NCBI RefSeq assembly: GCF_006345805.1
Contig: NC_043006.1
Span: 92,008,001 to 92,072,000, forward strand
From: Octopus sinensis
Lineage: Eukaryota
Direction of reading: 5' to 3'
Length of the DNA stretch: 64,000 nt
In this document: positions 13,226 to 27,097 of the stretch, piece by piece
Numbering within the stretch: position 1 is the first letter of the stretch
Layout of the letters: each line of letters begins with the position of its first letter
The notes under the pieces: generated by a model
Told to the model about the DNA's origin: nothing
The model's input: the letters and a program-made list of their open reading frames with translations, nothing else
Databases searched by the model: none
Program-made: the position numbers and the translations under genes

Positions 13226-16200
13226 AGAATATATTTAAATTTTCTGTTCAAAATACTTGACAAACAATTTGTGAGCAGATCGCGTTTAAATCGCTAACAA
13301 CTGAGACTGAGACACGATCTGATTTGTTCAATTGCCAGAAAGTATCCTGCCGGCACTGACTGCTCCGTTTTATAATTACCACACTCAACAATTTGCAGTA
13401 AGCGAGCGAGAACACAAAAGGAGTATTCTATGTGCAGTTTGGTCAATTTGCTGATTTATTGCTGCGCCTTTTGAATTTATCGTCCGGACCGTCAACCTCT
13501 TCATTGGAATTGATAGTTCAAGGACATTTTGAAATTGTCCATGTTCGTTTTGAAATTGTCCGTATCCTACAGTTAAATTTCCATATATAACTAGTGTAAA
13601 CGTGTTTGTAACTGTATATCTGAGATGGAATATACACATTGATTTTTCAGTAGAGATTTTAAGGCTTCTCTTTTCAATAAGAAATTCATTTGTCAAGAAC
13701 GCGCCATGTCTACTCTTTTCTCCCAATATCACATTACGTTTTTCGTCTATGTATGTTTTTATTTAGCAAGAAACTTTTGGTAGAGATATTTTTTCTAATA
13801 TATTTTCACTCTGGATTAAACTTTTTAATAAAAAATATTCGGGAAAGTAAAGTTCTAAAGAATATGAAGTACAAATATAGAAATTAGATAACGTTAGATT
13901 TTTGGTTCATTCAGGTATATTATGAAAATATAAAGTTTGGGTGACATTTCCTTATCTTGCCATACATCCTTCCCCAATAAAAAAAACAGAACAAGCCAAA
14001 GAAATAAAATCATAATACATCTGCAAACGTTAATGTTTCTTTCCGATCTTGAAAGGTAACTTTAAAAAAATAGAAAAGAAAGGGAGATAAGAAAGCTATT
14101 TTTTCTGGATGAGATAAATGCGAGAATGCACATCATAATAATAGATGAAATCAAATTACAATGTGTATTTTTCTGATAGCAATCACGAAGTAAATCGACC
14201 AAACTTGGAATCTGGTTCGGCATGTCGATTCGACCTAACAAATAATCTTGAGACAGAAAAGTAGCAGTAAAAAAATCTAGTTAGTATAGTAGACGTAGCG
14301 ACGTATGTTTTTGCTACCAGTGCTGTAATGAACATACTTCCTAATTTGTGCTGAAGTTTAACTTGGTTAAGAGTCATAGGAAACATAAATATACCTATCA
14401 TATAAATAACAGGAATAAGTAATTCTCAAGAACTATAATCGCTAAAGAGTATTGATTGTCAGGCTTCCTAACAAAAATGCAGCATGCGTGTAGTTTAATG
14501 ATGTAGCTATTTATAAAGAAAGTTATCAACATGACTGTGTGATATTGGAAAACATTGTGTTATAATTGTAGATACAATGATATTAACGCTGTTGAATATA
14601 ATTACAGAGTATCATGAGGAATGGCTAGTATTTTCTTGTTTCAGAGACTAAGCGTTAGATGCTTATCTTAAAGAGTGGGGATAATATTGTACATGTTTCT
14701 AATTTGTATAGCTGAAAGAAAGAACATTATGATATCTTCATGAAATCAATGGAACAAGTTTATGCTATGGTAGGTAATCTACCTTCTTGTTTTTGTTGAC
14801 TGTACAGTGGAATACTACCGTCTATTTTATGCGGAGAAGATAAGCACTTAATACCTATATTTATTTTGAATATCATAATATTTAATATAAGGTAGAAAAT
14901 GAAAATATTTTTTCGTTCTCTTGCTACATCAGGTCCAACATTTTTGCTAGTATTAAGGTATAATAATGTAAGTTTCTTCTTGCGTATATTACGAAACTTT
15001 GCAAAAGAAGTGTGAATCTCAAGTCGTAGAAACAAATATCTACAATAAAATATAGAGGTAACTTTGAACCAAATGTAAAAACCTAATTCATGCACTGAGG
15101 ACTTTTCATTTACTATTTCTAGAACGATAATAATAGTTTCTTATTATTTTGAATTGCTTTATTTTTAATTTCATAGTGTTGGACAGTTTATTGATTTAAC
15201 TAGAACAAAAAGTATTAGATTATAGGACCAGGGAGCGACACGCTTAGACGAATTTACTAGCCCTCTATTAATTCCAACGAATCTAACTGTTGAATATTAA
15301 CAATACAGTAGTAAATTCCTAAAAGCCAACATTACTAAAGTTGTTCTCGTGAAGAAATAGACTAAGAAATATCATCTCATAATAGCACAGTAATTAAAAA
15401 AAATAAGTTCCATAGCTGAGTTGATAAAAGTAAAACGATAAAAGGAACATTTTTTTACATATTCTTTCATCTTCTTTCAAGTGAAAAATTTGAGAGTTAA
15501 TATTTCAGTACCTAAAACTGATTCAATTTCAAATTTTGTTTTGAAAACAGACTTGAAATAAAATACCTGTCTGAAAAAAAAAAATAAATAATGCAAAGTA
15601 GAAGAAAAATCTGATTTTTAATAACTTGTCCAATATCTTTTGTCAGAACTGAAATTAGCATTTCAGGCATTTCGATATTACAAAATATTATGTGAAGATG
15701 AAATGACTGTTTCGTTATTAGATACAATACTCATCCTTTCTTATAACGATTAGATTTTCGTTCTTTCTACTTATCTATTTAGAATTCAGTAGATTATTTT
15801 CTCAGGAATAATCTTTGGGTAAATCTTTTTCATTGGTTAACTAAATCAACTAAGGAGAAAAACTCGAGAACATTTACAAGAATTTGTATTCATTTGTATT
15901 TCCGCATATATAAGCTGCTCGAAAGAAGGAATGTAGCATGAGAAAAAAAATTATTACATGGTTTCGGAAATCTTAATTATACCGCATTCAGGTGTACAAA
16001 AAGAAATACATAACAAATAAAAGATCTCGCCAGGTTAAATATTTAATCAAGTTTATATTTCTGGTGGTAATATTGGAAAGTATCCCCTCACCCAAATATA
16101 TCTTATATAATATATATATCTTATATGATATATATATATATATATATATGTATATAAACACAAACATATAATCATGCTACCGTCCTTCTTACGTGCTTCT

Positions 16201-16465
16201 TGTGTTTATCGTGGTTTTCATTCATACAATCTCTCCCGTGGCATTATGTAATTACTAGTATACATGGAAATATTTTGCATAATTTGTCTTCCAGGCTCAC
16301 ATTAGTAAGAGAACGCTTTCACACGCACACAAATACATATGAAAATAATTATAGTGGGTGTAAACATTTAATACATGTATACCCATATACCTAAAACTTT
16401 ATACAAAAAGCGTAGTAAGCGATACATACATATATATCTATATGTGCATATCTATCTATCCATCT

Positions 16466-16536
<71 letters not shown>

Positions 16537-19500
16537 ATATATATTATATATATATATATATATGTATGTATATATATATATATATATATATATAATTCTA
16601 TAGATAGGATATTGAACCACATAGACATACTCATTTACACATATATACAGTTTGCTATATTACACAAATCAGAACACTTTCTGGAAAAGATGATAAATAC
16701 ATTCCCCTGAGATAGGATCTCAAAACTAACGCTAATATATATTTTAATCTCAGCAAGCGAGATATGATCATAGAATACCTGAATATAGAAATAGTTTCAA
16801 TAAAGTTACATTCCCTGAGACCAACGGCAAGAAAAAATTACTGTGAATATATCTGATTTAGAATTTTTTAAAAAATTACTAAAGCTATTACAAAAATAAA
16901 TAATTTAAAAGCTGGTGATGATATGAAACCGAACGAAATAAACGCGTGCAATTCTAAAACGAATGTCTTATAACAGAGTAAAGTGATAAGAGATGCCAAA
17001 TGTAAAATGCACTGAAATCATAGAGTAAAATATCAGCAGATTTTGAATGAGTGGCGAATTAAGTGATATATTAAATAACTGAGAAAATGCTGAAAACAAC
17101 AATGGATACGGAGAGCAGTTCGGTGAGGAAAAATATCAACAATCCCATTGAATACAGAGAAATCTAATAGTCACTGAGAAGTTTCGACCCTCTCAACAAA
17201 GAGCGTCTCTACTATCAATATTGAAAATTGAAAGATAGAAAGTGTTATAACAGATTAATAACTTTGAGTTGTTTTACGGGAGTAAATTTGGTTGGTTAAA
17301 CTACTTTTCGTCTGACTTTAAATATTGTGCATATAGATAAAATTCAGAATCCAGATGATATAGTGGTTCTCGACTTAAATTAAAATTGTATCTATTGTGA
17401 AGCTGTAATGGTAATATATAGTTTGGAGACGAATTTCTAATGTTTGGAAACGAGTTTCTTTACCACTACTGAGTAAATGTTCTAACTGTCTCTTCGTAAT
17501 TACTTCATGAGAATGGAGTGAATATTAAAAATCTGGGAAATGATAAAGAATTGATTTTGCGAACGCGTGTGAAAGAGGAGTTTGAGAAATAAAGCTAGAG
17601 ATTTTGGGAGAAAGTTGGGTTGGATAGATCATCTCCCTCTCATGGACACTGAATAAACCGTCCTCATTATAGAAGCTAAGCAAGTTCGACAAACGAGACT
17701 TTATTTCTATTTCTCCCGACAGACTTAATTAAAGTTGTCCTTCCTTGAACCCTCGATCGATGATACTGAACGTTTTAACACAGGGTCGATGAAGCTTTTA
17801 ACAACTTCAAATTATGTTTTATTCACGCTAAACAGTCAGCTTGGATGAACGAAACTCAGTTGAGCTTATTTCTCAATAATTTCTTCTATGATTTGTACGT
17901 GGCAACTTAGTGGCAGGATATTAAATCTTTCTCAAAACTCTGCAGAAAGTCCGCAACCGGAACGATATTATCTTCAAGTCTGCTAAAACCGAAAGTACCT
18001 TGATGGAATGGCAATGGGAATTCATTAAGAGCCAACCACTTACTTGATAATTCTCTCTTCTATTGTAAGCTTAGTACTTCACCAGCTACAGGCAGAAAAA
18101 AGTCTCCGACCTTGCACGAAGACGTTTGTACTTATACGTCACTCTAATGGAAATACATAAGATTTGGAAGAAGACGTGGACACGTTATCCTAAAACTATG
18201 CGTTTGTTGCTAAGAAAATGTATGCTTTTGAGTCAGGAAAGGCTTCCTGAAATTAAAAGAAATTTGTTATGAATGGGCAATACTTGTTGCGGACTTCGGC
18301 GAAATCCCTTTATACTATGCTTATACCATTCCTGAGCTTATTTTAAAAAATTTTTATGCAGCCGATGGGAATAAAAAAATGATCGTCAGTTCGAAGTAAC
18401 TTCCCGTCTTTCAGTATGTTTTAAAATCTCGACGTTAATTATAAGTGTAATGAATTTGGCATGGTTTAGAACTGTCAAAATGAATGGATCTTATAAAATG
18501 GCGTGAGAGTTTCTGATGGCGAATTAAAAACAGTTGTGACCTTTATGGAGAATACTTTAAGATATTTGATAAAGCAGAAGCTTTTTGTCCACTAAGACTA
18601 CCTACGCGCAGCATACTCCACATACCCTGAATATGGTTCGCATAATATCTCATAAAATTATTGCAAAAAATGGAATTTGAAATGCATTTCCAAAACAGTA
18701 CAATCTCATTCAGAAATTTAAAATAAGAAACAGAACACTAAGTATTTTAAATATTCTCCAGATCAAAAACCGTTATACATGCAAGAGAAATTGTTCCAAA
18801 TAGTTCCAAACCATATTCAGCTTATTCATATAGATATAGGGATTTCTTTGACAAGGTGGATATACACTTTATGACAAGTTCTAAGATGATGTGACGCACA
18901 TTTCTACTTCCAAGAAATATCAATATACGTTTCTGAACACTTGATCCCGTAAATACATTAACTTTCAAATTAATATATTTTATATTCTGTTTAAAGTGAC
19001 GCGTTTGAGTCTCTTTCAAGTGCAAGGGAGGATATACCATGTAAACTGGTATAATTTCAAAGACTAGCAGGATTCGTGGAAATTCTGTACTTTATAAATT
19101 CTGTACTTTTTGTACTTTTTGTACGTTATCTTAGTTTATTTTCTCGGCTAGATTTATATATATTCATAGTATTGTTTAATAGTGTTAAAAAGGAGATCGA
19201 ATTAAAATAAAAACTAAATTCACTTAGATTCATTTGATGTATTGAAATTTATTACTTTTGAAATGAAAAATTCGTATTTGTAAAAATATAAATTCTGACC
19301 ATTTTTGTTTGTCCATTGTATTATTTAACTCTCAGCCGAGGTTTGTGATTGATCTTTCACAACAAAAATAATAGAAAATAACAAAAACAAAAGATATACT
19401 CGAATGATAAGCAAAGCTTAAGCAAATCATATCAGCTACAGCATGCATGACATAATGCAAAGTAAAATATGAGCATTTCGCCCAGAATAAGTAATCTGCA

Positions 19501-19799
19501 TGAAAGACAGAGGTTTCAGAGACATTAAAGAACAGAACGTATCACTGCATAGCACAGCAAAAGGAGTGGAAACTTGCGAATAGGAATAGGGAAAGAAAAG
19601 CATTGAAATAATGCATTATGGATTACAACCGAAGAGGCAAAATAACGATAATAGAAGTGCAAGCGTTTTTCACTACAACCAGCAAGGAACCTGTCAACAA
19701 GAAAACCTCTGAGAATGAAAAGGTCCCCAATTTCTGGTTGAAACGCCCGATCACAACAAACGGAGCAGTGTGCAAACCAAAATCAATCCTAAAGAACTG

Positions 19800-21000
19800 A
19801 TTGAATGGGAAGCAGCATTCCACCTCACAAAATGTACAAACCAGAAACCACTAAAACTACTAAGATATAACTTTTATTCCAGTAACATAGAAAACCTTTA
19901 CGTAACAACGGACTGATAGTGCATTGGAGTACAATAGCATTGGCAGATGTGAAGAAAGCTTCGCGAGAAAGAAATATGGTGATAAAGAGTAGACACTCGT
20001 GCATCGATTTATTATAGATGACAGCAAAAAGAATCAAACAGACGTTGGCATGGCTGGTTTTGATTACGGCGCTCTTTGATGTAGACACTTCACCCGAGCA
20101 CAACAACATACCCAGTGCTCATAGAAAACATTAAACCATCGTCTTCAAATAGAAAAATAATATATCCCACCCAGTCACATATTGAATCTATCAGGTAGAC
20201 AAACTTTTCCTACTTCTTTCAATCTACCCTTAGCACTATTGACATATCTAAACAATCTCCGTATTGTGTATAGATGTTACAGACAAACTGCAACTCATCT
20301 CCTTATATAGATGACTTAGATATATTTATAGTGGTCAACACCCCTAAAGGAACCTTTCACAAAATCGTTTATAACTTAAAAAAAACACATAACATTGAAT
20401 GTGGAAATTGACAAATGATGTGACAAAACTGTTGTAACGGAAAAACAAAATAACTAGCAATATGACCATTAGGTTAGACGTGGTGATTGAAATAGGGAAT
20501 TAAGAGCGCAAACAATTCTCAAGAATCCCCATGAAATAATTATGAAGCAAATAACCCTATGAAATAATTAGTAGTTCACGAAACAAATACAACATACTGA
20601 AATGAAGGCGAGAAGCAGACATAAGTAATTTGGAAGAGAAAGCGTCGAAGTAGACATTACCGAACTCAATGCTAAAAAGAAAAATATTGGGTGAACATAT
20701 GGCAGTTATTGCAACTAGAAGGAGGCTCCTGCTCAATCGTTGAACCTGCTAAAATTTTCTGCCGAATCTTCCTCAAATGCAACCCTACTTTGTCAAATAT
20801 GTGGCAATATGCAGAATAAAATAAAACTGGATACAATACACCAAAAGAGAGCATAATGGTCATGGCTAGAATGTCGGTCGAACGATTTTACCCAAGAAAG
20901 TAAGATTTCTTACAGGTGGGAAACCTGTCAAAAAAGCCAAAACAAAACAACAACTGTGATTGCAATAATGTGAGAAACGGTTCTAAATCCGTTGCCATAG
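19800..21000 (+). mobile_element. Decayed R4/Dong-type RT
   Basis: Fragmented translation: DDSKKNQTDVGMAGFDY (cf. xAWIDYxKAYD), HLL(Y)IDDLDIF (RT motif C), TELNAKK (same motif as 2855-3109). Many stops and frameshifts. Confidence 0.65.
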
Positions 21001-21887
21001 TGTCTTCAACATTTCCCGAAAACAAATTAAAACAAACAACAAAGTTCATAAATAATCCTGAAAAATTCACGACTTGACACAAAAAATCATTCTGAGTGCA
21101 GCTGCAATGATAAAAACAGGAAGCACCGCCATCTCTCTTCCCAAAATCACATAAAACTCAAATAAAATAAACGTTCCACACACAAAATTGTTTGTAAACA
21201 TGGACAAAAAATTCAGTTCTAGAAGACTAGCAGCATTAAAAAAAAAACAAGCGCCTTTAACGAAATAAAATATTTTAAATTCACAAACAAAATACACCAA
21301 AATCAGACGCAACACAAATAAAATTTAGTATCTAACTACTAACAAAATAGATATGAGCCAAACAGCCACCCGTCCCTACTGAAAACTGGCAAATCCGTTC
21401 GCACAGAAAGAAGAAGCCTCAAATCTAATAGTGAAACACTGTGTAGTATTATAATTATCATCATCATCTTCATCGATGCCATCAACGTCAACTTCAGCAA
21501 CAACACCGACAACAACAAACAATCAAACGCCCTTATCAAGGATTTACAGGGGAAACCAAACATCCACTAAAGTCTGTTCAGAGAAAACAGGAACACAAAA
21601 GGAAGGATGAGCACATGCGGCGTTTTAACGTCTGTAGACATACAAAAAGCAATAAAGATATCCAGAAACTCAGAGCCTGAAAACATCGCAAACACACCTC
21701 AAAGAAACAGGACCTAAATGAATCACTGCTGTCAGCAATATATATCTACTCGTACCGAGAGGCTTAATTCATAACTATTCTAAAGCTCAACAGAACCTGA
21801 GATGGAAAGAACATCATGCCAATTCTTCCTACCCTCATATGTACAACCTAAAATCAGTTTTAATAAAGGATGATTTTTGACATCATA

Positions 21888-23178
21888 CGAGGGGCGTTCA
21901 ATAAGTGATGCCCCTGACCCACTTCCCATAGCAGTAGAGCAACGAAACTTGGCACAGGTATTAGTCTTTTTCTACAAAGGAACAACCAAGAGGTACGCAT
22001 TTCTCCCATTGTTTGATGCAGTTCTGCTGACCGTTTTCGTAGAAGACCCCAGCTTGGTCCTCCAACCACGACGTGACTTCAGAAATCAAGGCTGCATCAT
22101 CTGGGAAACACTTTCCTTTCAAAAACAACTTCATGGCTGGGAAGAGGTGAAAATCAGAGGGTGCACGGTCAGGTGAGTAGGGGGATGGGGGAAGAGTTCA
22201 TAGCCGCACGCCTGTGCTTCTGATCTGGCGACACGCGAGTTGTGGACCGGAGCGTTGTCCTGCAGGAGGAGGATGCTTTGCTGATCTTGCCCCGCCTCTT
22301 GGTTTCGATAGCTTCTCTTAATTTCCTCAAAAGTGAAACACGATAGGCTCCTGTAATTGTGGTACCCTTTGCCAGGAAATCTGTCATCACTACTCCGTCC
22401 TGGTCCCAGAAGACTGTGAGCATGACCTTGCCAGCGGAGGGCTGCATCCTTGCCTTCTTTGGAGGAGGTGAGTCATGGTGCTTCCACTGCATTGACTGGG
22501 CTTTGGTCTCTGGATCATAGTGATGGACCCAGGTCTCATCCTGTGTAATCAGTCTTTTGAAAAATTTTGACTCATCTTCTTGGCACATCCCTAAATTCTT
22601 GCTTCTGGAATTCTTGCGTTCTTGCTTCTGGAAAAGTGTGAGCAACCTGGAAATGCATCTGGCAGACACCTTTTGCATATGCAAATGGTCATGAATGATA
22701 GTTTCCACAGACCCGGTACTAATCTTGACCTCATGGGCTATTTGGCGAATAGTTATGCGTCGATCTTCCAAAATGGCAGCCTCAACTTGACGGACAGATG
22801 CCTCATCAATGGCAGAAGGGGTGCGACCAGATCTGGGAGCTGTTTACACAGAGTTCCGACCATGTTTGAATTCACGATGCCAGCGTTTTACAAGGTCATA
22901 TGATGGGGCATCATCACCATAAGTTACTTTCATTTCATTAAAAGTCTCCTGTGGTGTGCGTCATTTCAAATACAAAAACCGGATCACTGCTCGACACTCA
23001 ACATGCTCCATTTCCCACTTGACTCATTTCAAACACCTGTAAATCAGAAACCACAATTAGTTCGAAGCTGTAATTTGCCACCTAATCTATAGAGATATCA
23101 ATAAGTGCACATGCAAAATTTCAGCTAGATCAAACAAAGGCAAGTGGGTCAGAGGCATTACTTATTGAACGCCCCTTG
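21888..23178 (-). mobile_element. Full-length (1291 bp) mariner DNA transposon, D,D34D type, irritans/Hsmar2-like
   Basis: TIRs cgaggggcgttcaataagtgatgcc / ggcattacttattgaacgccccttg, with TA duplication at 21886-87 and 23179-80. Confidence 0.95.
21961..23011 (-). pseudogene. Mariner transposase pseudogene
   Basis: MEHVECRAVIRFL...ITQDETWVHHYDPETKAQS...LLLQDNAPVH...PYSPDRAPSDFHLF...VEKD*. Two premature stops in the N-terminal part and at least one frameshift near 22277. Confidence 0.9.
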
Positions 23179-24482
23179 TACCCACACATTCTCTTCACTA
23201 AAACACAAAATGGATTCGGACTGCTGAACTCAAACAATACTCTACTCACAAAATTCAGTTTTTAATAAATACATGATTCAATACAAATACCTCGCCCACT
23301 TAACATTCCAACATCTGTATTCATAAGGAAATCTTTCGGTTCCATTTCCCTCAATTCAACGTCACCTTACCTCAATGAAAAATCATATAAAACATTCGCT
23401 AGCAAACTACATGATGTGCCGTCTTACCTGTGTACTGTAAAAGGATAGCATTTCTGGAAATTCGGTTTAGGGAATGGTACCACAAGGATCAGCTCTCTTA
23501 CACATTTTATTCAATCAACCTGTATCTATGCGACCTTCGCGCACCTTCACCAAAAAGTTCAGTTTGTAGTTGATGCCATACTTATATTCTCTGACCATTC
23601 TCTAAACAATACCTCATAAAACCCAGTGTCTCTCCGCATACCAGAAAAATATAGAGAATACTCTATGCAACCAGCCGCCATACTCAACGATATAAATAGA
23701 CTGCAAACAATGTAACGTGTAGAGAATGATCTGACTGAAATACGAAACTGTATCAAAGTAAGATTGCGATTAGGAATATACAAAAGGAGAAAAAAAAACT
23801 AAGGAAACACGAAAAAAATGCTTTTATCTGTGTATAAACAAGTAAACAATAAGATACAAACTGGGAAGTAACCAGACTGTTGAGAAATATTTTGACAAGG
23901 ATAAAAAAAAAAAAAAAAAAGAGACGAATTTGAAAGGTATTCCAAACTATGTGAAAGAATTAATAAAGAGAAAAATGTCATTCGATGACCAATAGTCCGC
24001 AAGACTCGATTGAGCGGAATTAAGCTAGAGTGAAAACCAAAAAATGACTCAAAATCTTTGGCTAAAAGCAGAAATGCAAGGTGAGATTTTGACTGCACAT
24101 TACCAATGCTTTGCCATAGATAATAACAAAAATAAATTAATGAATAAAAGAATAGTTAGATTCTAAAGTTAGAGGAAAAGCTATTCTCTTTCTTTGCATT
24201 TACCTCTTTAAATATTAATGTCATATATTTATAATTTGCCGTCCAAAAGTTTTCTCTTCTATTCTTCTTCTTCTTCTTATTATTATTCCAGACTCTGCTC
24301 GTGGATTTCAAAGAGGAAGGACGTGTGTTCGTGAGCTGTAAGTTTTTTTTTCAATTTTTAGAGATAGTATCTGAAATTTATTTTACGTTTCTGTGGCTAG
24401 GCTGACTGGGCTCTTGCTGACGGGACTTTACCCCTTTGGAGGGAATTTTCTATTTAAACTCTCCATTTTTTTTCATTTTTCA

Positions 24483-24515
<33 letters not shown>

Positions 24516-24750
24516 AAGGCGGCGAAAGGGCAGAAACTTTAGCACGCTGGGCGAAATGCGTAGCAGTATTTCGTCTGCGGTTACGTTCTGAGTTCAAATT
24601 CCCCCGAGGTCGACTTTGCCTTTCATCCTTTCGAGATCGATAAATTAAGTACCAGTTATTCACTGAGTTCGATGTAATCGACTTAATCCCTCTGTCTGAC
24701 CTTGTTTGTCTTCTCTATGTTTAGCCCCTTGTGGGCAATAAATAAATAAG
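24516..24750 (+). mobile_element. tRNA-derived SINE family A
   Basis: Head plus core match to other family A copies; preceded by (ATT)n. Confidence 0.9.
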
Positions 24751-25740
24751 AATCTTTAGCAAGCCGTACAAAATGCTACTCGGCATTTCTTCTGAGTTAA
24801 AATATCACCTTTCTACCCTTCCTGGGTCGATAAAAAAGTAACAGTGGAACACAGTATTGGTGTAGTCATGTAATTTCACTCCCCCAAAATTTTAGGCCTG
24901 TGCCTGGAGTTGAAACAATGATTATTATTATTATTAATATATGCTTTGTAATTTAACATTTACAATAAAAATAGAAACGTTAACAATGATAGAAAATCGA
25001 ATTACTTTGTCTGACATTTAATATGACGGCATTAGTTGTTGAAATAATATCTCCAAATGTCCATGAATGTGCTGTATGCTGTAATGGTTCTGTATATTTC
25101 GTTAATCTACGGAGGTATTCAAGTTTGTTCCTATTCCAATATTTAGCACTTAAATTTCTTCATAAATAGCTTAACTAAGAAGATAAAATCGCGCTATTTA
25201 TTTTATTTATGAAACTACAACAGATCTATAACTTTTTAATCAAGTTTATTTTTAGAAAACAATATATTTTCTTTTGTTATTGACAGAAAAATAAATTATT
25301 GTTTCACCACTTAGTATGTTATGCTGTTATGTAAAAGCGATAATTATAAGCTTAAATTCTTATCACTGCAGTCATTAAGTCCATGTGTACCTTAATCATA
25401 TTGTATGCTTTGGTGTCTTTTATTTTAAAGAATTATTTAAATATACGATTGAAAGGATGTCCAAAGGCTGAAATGTATGTCTAAAAATGTATTTGTGTAC
25501 GTACATCTATACATCCATGCACAACCTGTACCATAGAGTGTGTGCGCATGTCTGTACGTACGGATGCGTTCACAAAGAATCCGACTTGATTCTTTTGTCG
25601 ACAAAACTAATGCCGCGTGGGCAGAATCGTTTTGGGCAAAATCTTTTGAACGAAAGGTGGCGCCGCCTTTCCTGCGCACGCGGGAGAACTTTCTGGCCGC
25701 GGCAGTTACCGACTGTTACACCTAAAGAATAGACACATAT

Positions 25741-25915
25741 TGGTTTGCTTATGTCCCCGTTACATAACGGTTCAATAATAGAGAGAGAGAGAGAGAGAGA
25801 GAGATAAAAGTACCATTCATAAAAAGGTGCTGGAATCGATACGTTCAATGCAATGCTCCAGCATGGCCGCAGGCTAACGACTGAAACAAGTAGCATAAAA
25901 AGTATATCGTTTATC
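25741..25915 (+). mobile_element. SINE family B 3' module with internal (GA)n
   Basis: atgtccccg...cggttc and gctccagcatggccgcagg...gactgaaacaagt. Confidence 0.7.
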
Positions 25916-25931
25916 GTTGATGTTATTTTCC

Positions 25932-26043
25932 TGTGTGTGTGTGTGTGTGTGTGCGTGTGTGTGTGCGTGTGTGTGTGCGTGTGTGTGTGCGTGTGTGTGT
26001 GCGTGTGTGTGTGCGTGTGTGTGTGCGTGTGTGCGTGTGTGTG
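25932..26043 (+). repeat. (GT)n array with a higher-order GTGTGTGTGC 10-mer period
   Basis: Directly visible. Confidence 0.95.
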
Positions 26044-27097
26044 TCTGTTGTCATCTGAACGGAACGTCTTTACGATTTAGTTTTCATTTGATGAATGTGT
26101 AAAGGGAGGTAATTTCGAAACAGTGTCTGTGGCTGTAAATTAGCGGTGGTTGTTTGTGTGTGTGCAGATTTGCTTTGGGCCTGTTTGAGTGTCTGTTTTG
26201 TTGTAGTAGAGAGTGTTGTTTAAATATTGTGTGAGGGAACATTTGTATATCATGTGTAGACGTGCAACGAGGTCTGCAAGGCAAGTGTTTGCCAACGTCA
26301 TGCGTAAGAGACTGATTGTGTGTAGGAAGGCGTGGAAGCGGAGCGTGTGTGTGTTTTTGTTTGTTTGTTTTGTCCATGTTTACACAAGTGGAGTTGTTAG
26401 TTGCGGAGTGTGCGCGTGTGCGTTTGTTTCTGTTGGGTTACGTGTGTTGGTTGGTAGTGTGGCGGGGGGTGCACTTTTGCGCTCGTGGTGCTATTTGGTT
26501 AGAAGTATTTAGATATTCTGCGTTAGTTTTGATAAATGTCTTCACGGCGTAGTTCTTCGCACAGCATGCACGAGTATGTAACCGAACATAGCGCCAAACC
26601 GAACATGACCCACACCAAACACTTAGTCAATATCACAAAAAAAAAAAAATATGCGCGCGCACATAAAACATTTCCTACACACTCGACACAGTGCAATCAT
26701 CTACACACACGCAAAGATACATCCTTCTCATAACAACACCACGAATACATTCATCAAGTCAAAACCAAGTCACACAAACCAGTACCAAACACATACACAC
26801 GCACACATATTCACAAACACACACGCACAAACTCACACACACACACACATACATAAATTACGCATACACGATGCGAAACCATCTATAACATCCACCCACT
26901 GTTTGTAACATTACATAAAAAAACACATCCACAAAAACTAAAACGTAAGCAAAGCACACACTCTCATCTTTCACGGACCGATAGAGACACAATTGACGGA
27001 AGCGAGAAAAGCCTTACACATACAGATATATTAGGATCGAATAATCCAGGCTCACAGTAACCTCCGTTGTCGCTCGTGTGTGCAAAGCGTTTTTCTT

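Larger units (their letters stand above)
21560..23400 (+). mobile_element. Decayed APE-type LINE endonuclease remnant, interrupted by the mariner at 21888-23178
   Basis: Joining across the TA insertion gives VLIKDDF*HH...QNGFGLLNS, resembling APE motifs (GDFNxH...NxNGxxLL). Confidence 0.4.
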
